Positions 58,271 through 64,000 of a DNA stretch of 64,000 nt are shown here, piece after piece. The notes under the pieces are model-generated. The model searched no databases. It was not told the DNA's origin and saw nothing but the letters and a program-made list of their open reading frames with translations. The position numbers and the translations under genes are program-made. Source of the stretch: Eledone cirrhosa (lineage: Eukaryota); contig OZ024741.1 in assembly GCA_964016885.1 (NCBI GenBank), forward strand, positions 317,006,001-317,070,000, read 5' to 3'. The stretch's first letter is position 1; every line of letters begins with the position of its first letter.

Positions 58271-60625
58271 CGTATGTGACACGTTCTGACAAAAGTAACC
58301 AGACCTTCAAGCAGATCAAGGCACGTGTGCAACATCATTTGAGAGCCATGCAAGATACCTGCTGGAGGAAAAAAGGCTGATGAAATCCAGAAAGTCTCAG
58401 ATAGACATGATACAAAGATCTTATACAATCTATACAATCTGCTCAGGGAGGTGTATGGTCCAACCGGTCCACAAATATTACTACTTCGCTCCAAAGACGG
58501 CAAGGAATTTCTCAGCGATCCGAAGGAAATCCTGATCAGGTGGCATGACCACTTTGATGAGCTCCTCAACAGACCATCAGAAATCGATGGACCATCAGAA
58601 ATCGATGGACCATCAGAAATCGATGATGAGTTCAACCGGTCGATTCCATCCAGACCTACAAAGCTGGCAATTGCTGATCCTCCTTCATTTGATGAGGTGG
58701 CAAAGGCCATTTCCAAATTAAACAGCGACAAGTCACCTGGAATGGATGGACTGACAGCCGAAATCTTCAAGTGTGCTGGTGATAACTACTTAAACCGCCC
58801 CACTGCTCTCTTTGTGAATGTTTGGAATGAAGATGCGCCGTAGGACTGGAAAGATGCATTCATGGTGGTACTTTACAAAGGAAAGTGAGAAGAAAATGAT
58901 TGTGGCTTCTAAAGAGGTATTTCACTGTTATCTGTGGCTGGGAGGATCTTGTCAGGATATTATTGGAGAGATTGATACAGCACATTGCTGTTGAGTTATT
59001 TCTTGAGACCCAATGTGGCTTTAGGAATAACAGAGGCACTGTTGACGTGGTCTTCAGGGCCAAACAACTTCAAGAGAAATGCATTGAGCAGCATGGACTT
59101 ATACCAAGTTTTTGTTGATCTGACCAAAGAATTTGACACCGTAAATCAGAAGCCTTTGTGGGTTATTTTGAAGAGTTTGGGCTGTTCTGAAAAGTTCATG
59201 AATATACTCAAGCTCTTCCACGATGACATGCAGGCATTGGTAAATATTGGAGGTAAACTGTCTGAGCCAATCTCGGTTGAAAATGGTGTCAAGCAAGGTG
59301 ATATACCTGCACCAACTTTGTTTGCCTTGTATTTCGCAATGGCGTTCTTCATGTCTTTCAAGGATTGTCAATACGGTATCTATCCCAGATATCGCACTTC
59401 CGGCAAGCTGTTCAACCTCAGGCGTCTCACTGCCAACACTAAGGTACTCAGTACCTTGATCAGAGAATTTCTGTATGCAGATGATTGTGATCTCTTTGCA
59501 CATTCCCAGCGTGCACACCTTATGGATTCTTTTTCCAATGCATGCAGTGCTTTGGGACTGACAATCAGTCTGAAGAATACTGTCACCATGTACCAACCTG
59601 CTCCGGATAAAGTTGTCAATGAACCCTCCATATATGTATACGGTCAAAGGCTGAAGGTTTGCTAACAGATTTGTGTATTTGGGGGGTACTCTGAGTGTGA
59701 CCTGCTCTCTGGATGTTGAAGTTGGTCTGCGTATTAGTAAAGTGAGTCATTTGGAAGGCTCAGCGACCGTCTTTATTGTAGGTGAGGAATCACAATGAAG
59801 ACTAAGGTGAAAGTATATACTGCATGTGTACTGTCATCATTGCTGTATGCGTGTGAAACATGGGTTGCCTACAAATGGCATATTCATAGACTGGAACGAT
59901 TTCACCAGCAGTGTCTCAGAAAGATACTCGGTATCAAGTGGCAGATGCATGTGAGTGATGTTGAGGTCCTTAAGAGAAGTGAGCGTCGGAGCATTGAGAG
60001 CATCATCCACCAACGGCGTTTGCGATGGACCGGACACTTCTGCAGAATGGAGGATGATCGAATCCCGAAACAATTTTTGTATGGCGAGCTTTGTAAAGTT
60101 AAGCGACCACCTCACAAGCCAAAGCTCCGATTCAAATATTGTGTAAAGGACTCATTAAAAAAAATTGGTTTCATGGTGGCTGACTGGGAGATAGAAGCTC
60201 TTGAAAGAGGAACTTGGCGTGGAATGGTGAATGATGGGGGTCCATAATTTTGAGGACAGATGCATAGTACACGAGGAGATCAAACGGAATGTGCGTAAAC
60301 AATGCCCTGGTGTATCTCTCGAAACGGTCGGTGTCTCCATTGAATTGGTGTGCTCTGAGTGTGGAAAGATTTATGAGCAACTCTGGTCTCAGGAGTCACA
60401 CTCGCAGCCATGATCAAAGAGAACCAGTGAACTATGATCTCCACGGTATTGTGAGGGTTCACAGGCAACTTGATGCAAGACCTGAGGCCAGGGAGATACA
60501 TAGTTGTCGTCAATGTGCGAAGGAGTGCAAGTCTTTAGCAGGCTTGAAAAGCCATATCTGAGCGTCACATATCTGAATCTGACAAGCAATTGCAATACTC
60601 CTAGCAGAGTTTGCAGCCATCATGT
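58271..60625 (+). mobile_element. RTE-clade LINE, 5'-truncated, multiple frameshifts, C-terminal C2H2-like zinc fingers
   Basis: KSPGMDGLTAEIFK, ETQCGFR, FVDLTKEFDTV, GVKQGD..APTLF, LYADD, LLYACETW, RLRWTGH, CSECGK..GLRSHTRSH, CRQCAKECKSLAGLKSHI. Confidence 0.95.
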
Positions 60626-60633
60626 ATGTATGT

Positions 60634-60866
60634 ACTTTTTGGGTACATGCATTCGATGTTCAGAGAGTGAGATTGGCCCTGTATAAAGTCTTTCCTCACT
60701 TAAAAAAAGCTTCAAACACAGGCATCGCATGATATGTGACATTTTTTGTGATGTATGTCATTGCTGGCCATAGGCAACTCCCTAGCAGGACGAAAAAACC
60801 ACGTCCGTGATGCTCATGCTTAAGTATCAAGCGATCGCATTAATCTAAATCGAGTTGCAGCCATTA
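60634..60866 (+). mobile_element. RTE 3'-end fragment with (TATG)n tail
   Basis: Colinear with 43250-43478 and, in reverse, 25555-25785. Confidence 0.8.
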
Positions 60867-60940
60867 TGTATGTATGTATGTATGTATGTATGTATGTATG
60901 TATGTATGTATGTATGTATGTATGTATGTATGTATGTGAA

Positions 60941-61262
60941 GGCGCATGGCTTTATGGTTAGGAAATTCTACTCACGATTGTAAGGTCGTGAGTTCGATTC
61001 CCGGCGGCGCGCTTTGTTCTTGAGCAAGACACTTTATTTCACATTGCTCCAGTTCACTCAGCTGAAAAAAATGAACTGTACCTGTAATTCGAAGGGCCAG
61101 CCTTGTAAAATTCTGTGTAGTCCCGAATCTCCCTGAGAACTACGTTAAGAGTACGCGTATTTGTGAAATGCTCAGCCACTTGCGCGTTAATTTCACGAGC
61201 AAGCTGTTCCGTTGATCGGATCAGCGGGAACACTCGTCGTCGTAACCAACGGAGTGCCTTCC
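60941..61262 (+). mobile_element. tRNA-derived SINE family B, full length
   Basis: A box tggctttatgg; B box gttcgattcc; cttgagcaagacacttta core. Confidence 0.85.
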
Positions 61263-61276
61263 ATTATGTATGTATG

Positions 61277-63438
61277 TTCTTCTGGTTTTATAATTTCACA
61301 AATTTTTACCAATAAAAAGAGAGTCGGTTTCTAACATAGACACAAGACTCTCTCATTGAATTTACACATCAACTAGATAGATATGTATGCATGCATGTGT
61401 AGATATGGATGTTATTGTATGGGGGGATGTGTATGTTTTGAGTTGTATGTGTGCATGTGTATATGCTTTCTATCTGTACATGTGTATATGCAGTTATTAG
61501 ATGCAACATTTTTGGAATGTTTTACATATTTTTACTGTTCCGTAATGGATTGTACTTGTAGTTTCCTAACTAGTTGTGTTCTTTCTGTTCCTGTGAAGCC
61601 TAGCTTCTCAAGATTTGTATTGAGGCATTTACTAACATATTCCAGTGCCCCAATAATCACAGGGATACATCTGAGGGTGTTAATCAGAGTGGAGTATCTG
61701 CAGATTTCTCATCAGTTCTGCATAAATATTCTCCTTTTCGCTAATCTTTGATATTATATGGCATCTGCTGGGCAGCTAACTTCCACTATGTGCATGTTTT
61801 CTTCTCCCTGTCCCATATCATAATATCTGGTCTGTTATGCCTGCATTTTATTGAGGTTTTTACTGGAACATTCCACCAGTACTCTTTCATATTATGTATA
61901 TGGATGTCTTCCACTTGCTGTGTTTATTATCGGGGCTATCTTTTCTACGTATTGCATTGTACAGTGTTTTGGCCATACATCATGCCTCATAGGTAGATAG
62001 TACCGCGATGACATCTTTGGACAGTTGCTGATGACATGGTGACATCTTCGATGTTAATTCTGCAGAGTCTGCACTTGTTATCACATCTAGGTGTTTTGGC
62101 TGCATCCTTATCTCTTATGTGAATCAGGTATTTCGTGTTAATTTCCTGTTCTTGGATTGCAAAAGCGTATCCTTCAAGTGGGAGCCAATATAGCGGTTGT
62201 TGGTGTCAAGATAGACTATTTTCATTATCTATATTACTCTCACTCTGGGGCTTCCTGGCAACATAGCCATGCATGATTTTTTGCTGATAAGCATGCAGTT
62301 TTCCATCCATGGATCACTGCGATACTGCTGAGCGACTTCCTGGGTATGAGTTTTTGATTATACACAGGCAATATCTCTCGAGGATTCCTTCCCAACTCTC
62401 ATGATCTTATCTGTTTCATGCAGATAGACTTGCTCGAGAGACGGGCTCCTACGCTTCGAGGTTCGTAGGTGTTGTCGGATGGATATGATGCGACATTCAA
62501 ATGCTTCTGGACTGATGTTAAGCCTCTGCCTCATCAACTGCTCGGATTTCGTCTATCGTTCAGGTTGAGTATTCCAAACGTTGGTGTTAAGACAGGCACA
62601 GAAAACCCATTGTGAGCCACTGTTTTGTTTTGCGCAGAGAGTTCCGATGACCAAATCTTTCTTAATCGGGTGTAGTATTCCCTAGTTACACGTTCCTTAT
62701 TACTGATACCATTATAGGATATGTTCTCATCTATCCCCAGGTATCTGTAGCAGCCCTCATCAAATATCGGTGACACAGTTAGGCCATTGATAACAATGTT
62801 GCTAGATTGGGTTGTTGTTTTTCCCCGCTTTACAGTCATATATGAGTATTTATCTGGTCAAACTCCATTCCTATATCCTTTGAGAACGTTGTAACCAGGT
62901 CAATATTTTTCTTCATCCCATCCATGTTCTTGGCATAGATTTTCAGATCATCCACAAAGAAATTATGGGTTAGGTTCGTATTTCGGTCCTCCTGTGAGCC
63001 AATGATGTATCCCTCACATTTCTTGAGCAGAACGGACAAGGGGTTTAATGACAAGATGAACAATATCACATAGAGACTGTCCCCCTGAAATATACCCCTG
63101 CGATATTTTATTTTATCAGTGAAAATAGAATCCTCTTTCTCTGTCTTTAACCTTAGGATAGTAGCTCAAGAAGAAGACAGCTTCTCTATGGCTCTGATAA
63201 TAAGTCTGGGACTTTAGCAAGTTGGAGGGCCTCTATCATCCAAGAGTGGGGAACAGAACTGTAGCCATATTCCTCCTAAGTTGTCTCCCCTCCGACATCG
63301 CAGTTTGTTGATTAGGAGTTGTTCAGCACATCCCCAAACCCCTTTCTTTCCAGCTGCTTGTTCATCTGTGATGATGTTATTATTTTCACAGTGATCTTGG
63401 AGGAATAGGTTCAGGCAGGCTGTATACATCTTATACAT
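61277..63438 (-). mobile_element. R4/Dong-like LINE, 5'-truncated, in (TATG)n
   Basis: QAAGKKGVWGCAEQLLIN, IFQGDSL, FFVDDLKIYA, YRYLGIDE, CRLCRINIEDVT, PDIMIWD. Confidence 0.88.
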
Positions 63439-63514
63439 GTATGTATGTATGTATGTATGTATGTATGTATGTATGTATGTATGAATGTATGTATATATGT
63501 ATGATTTTATGTAT

Positions 63515-63822
63515 GTTCTTCTGGTTTTATAATTTCACAAATTTTTGCCATGGAGAGAGAGTCGTTTCCTTAAATAGATACAAGACTCTCTCATTGGAGT
63601 TCAAACAACATCAATAGGTAGTTATGTATGCATGTCTGCATGCATGCATGTGTGTGCAGGTAGGATGTAAATGTATGTGTGGATGTGGATGTTTTGAGTT
63701 GTATGTGTGCATGTGCATATACTCTGAATCTGTACATGTGTATATGCAGTTATAGATACAGAATATTTGGAATGTTTTACATAGTTTTTACTGTTCCATT
63801 AATGGATTGTACCTGTACAATA
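63515..63822 (-). mobile_element. R4-like 3' terminal fragment
   Basis: Colinear with 61277-61560. Confidence 0.78.
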
Positions 63823-64000
63823 TGTATGTATGTATGTATGGATGGATGGATAGATGTATGTATGTATGTTTGAATGTATGTATGACATATCTTAAATTAT
63901 TTTACAAAAGTCTTGAATCACTGGCGTCAGATAAGGAAGCAGAGCGATCTGTGATTTGGAGCGGTGTTAAAGATTTTGGTTTGTCAGAGTTAAGCATGCT

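Noticed and set aside
60941-61010. tRNA gene
   Set aside because: A/B boxes continue into a SINE body; no intact cloverleaf.

Overview
Eukaryotic, AT-rich, non-genic DNA saturated with (TA)n/(CA)n/(TATG)n microsatellites. The repeat style suggests an octopus or other cephalopod, but that is inference. I find no supportable host gene. The recognisable coding sequence is all decayed transposon: Penelope-like elements (PLEs; RT followed by C-terminal GIY-YIG), RTE, RTEX-like, CR1-group and R4/Dong-like LINEs, and Tc1/mariner and hAT remnants, plus two tRNA-derived SINE families and several MITEs. The main hidden signal is RNA structure. By eye I count about 22 complete or near-complete type I hammerhead ribozyme (HHR) motifs from about a dozen sequence families, plus several 3' half-motifs. 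Many lie in (TA)n-embedded fold-back insertions from about 150 bp to about 11 kb. In these, the inverted arm nearly always stops at a TA inside the element, which suggests priming from both strands of a palindromic (TA)n target. All coordinates were read manually and element boundaries are approximate.
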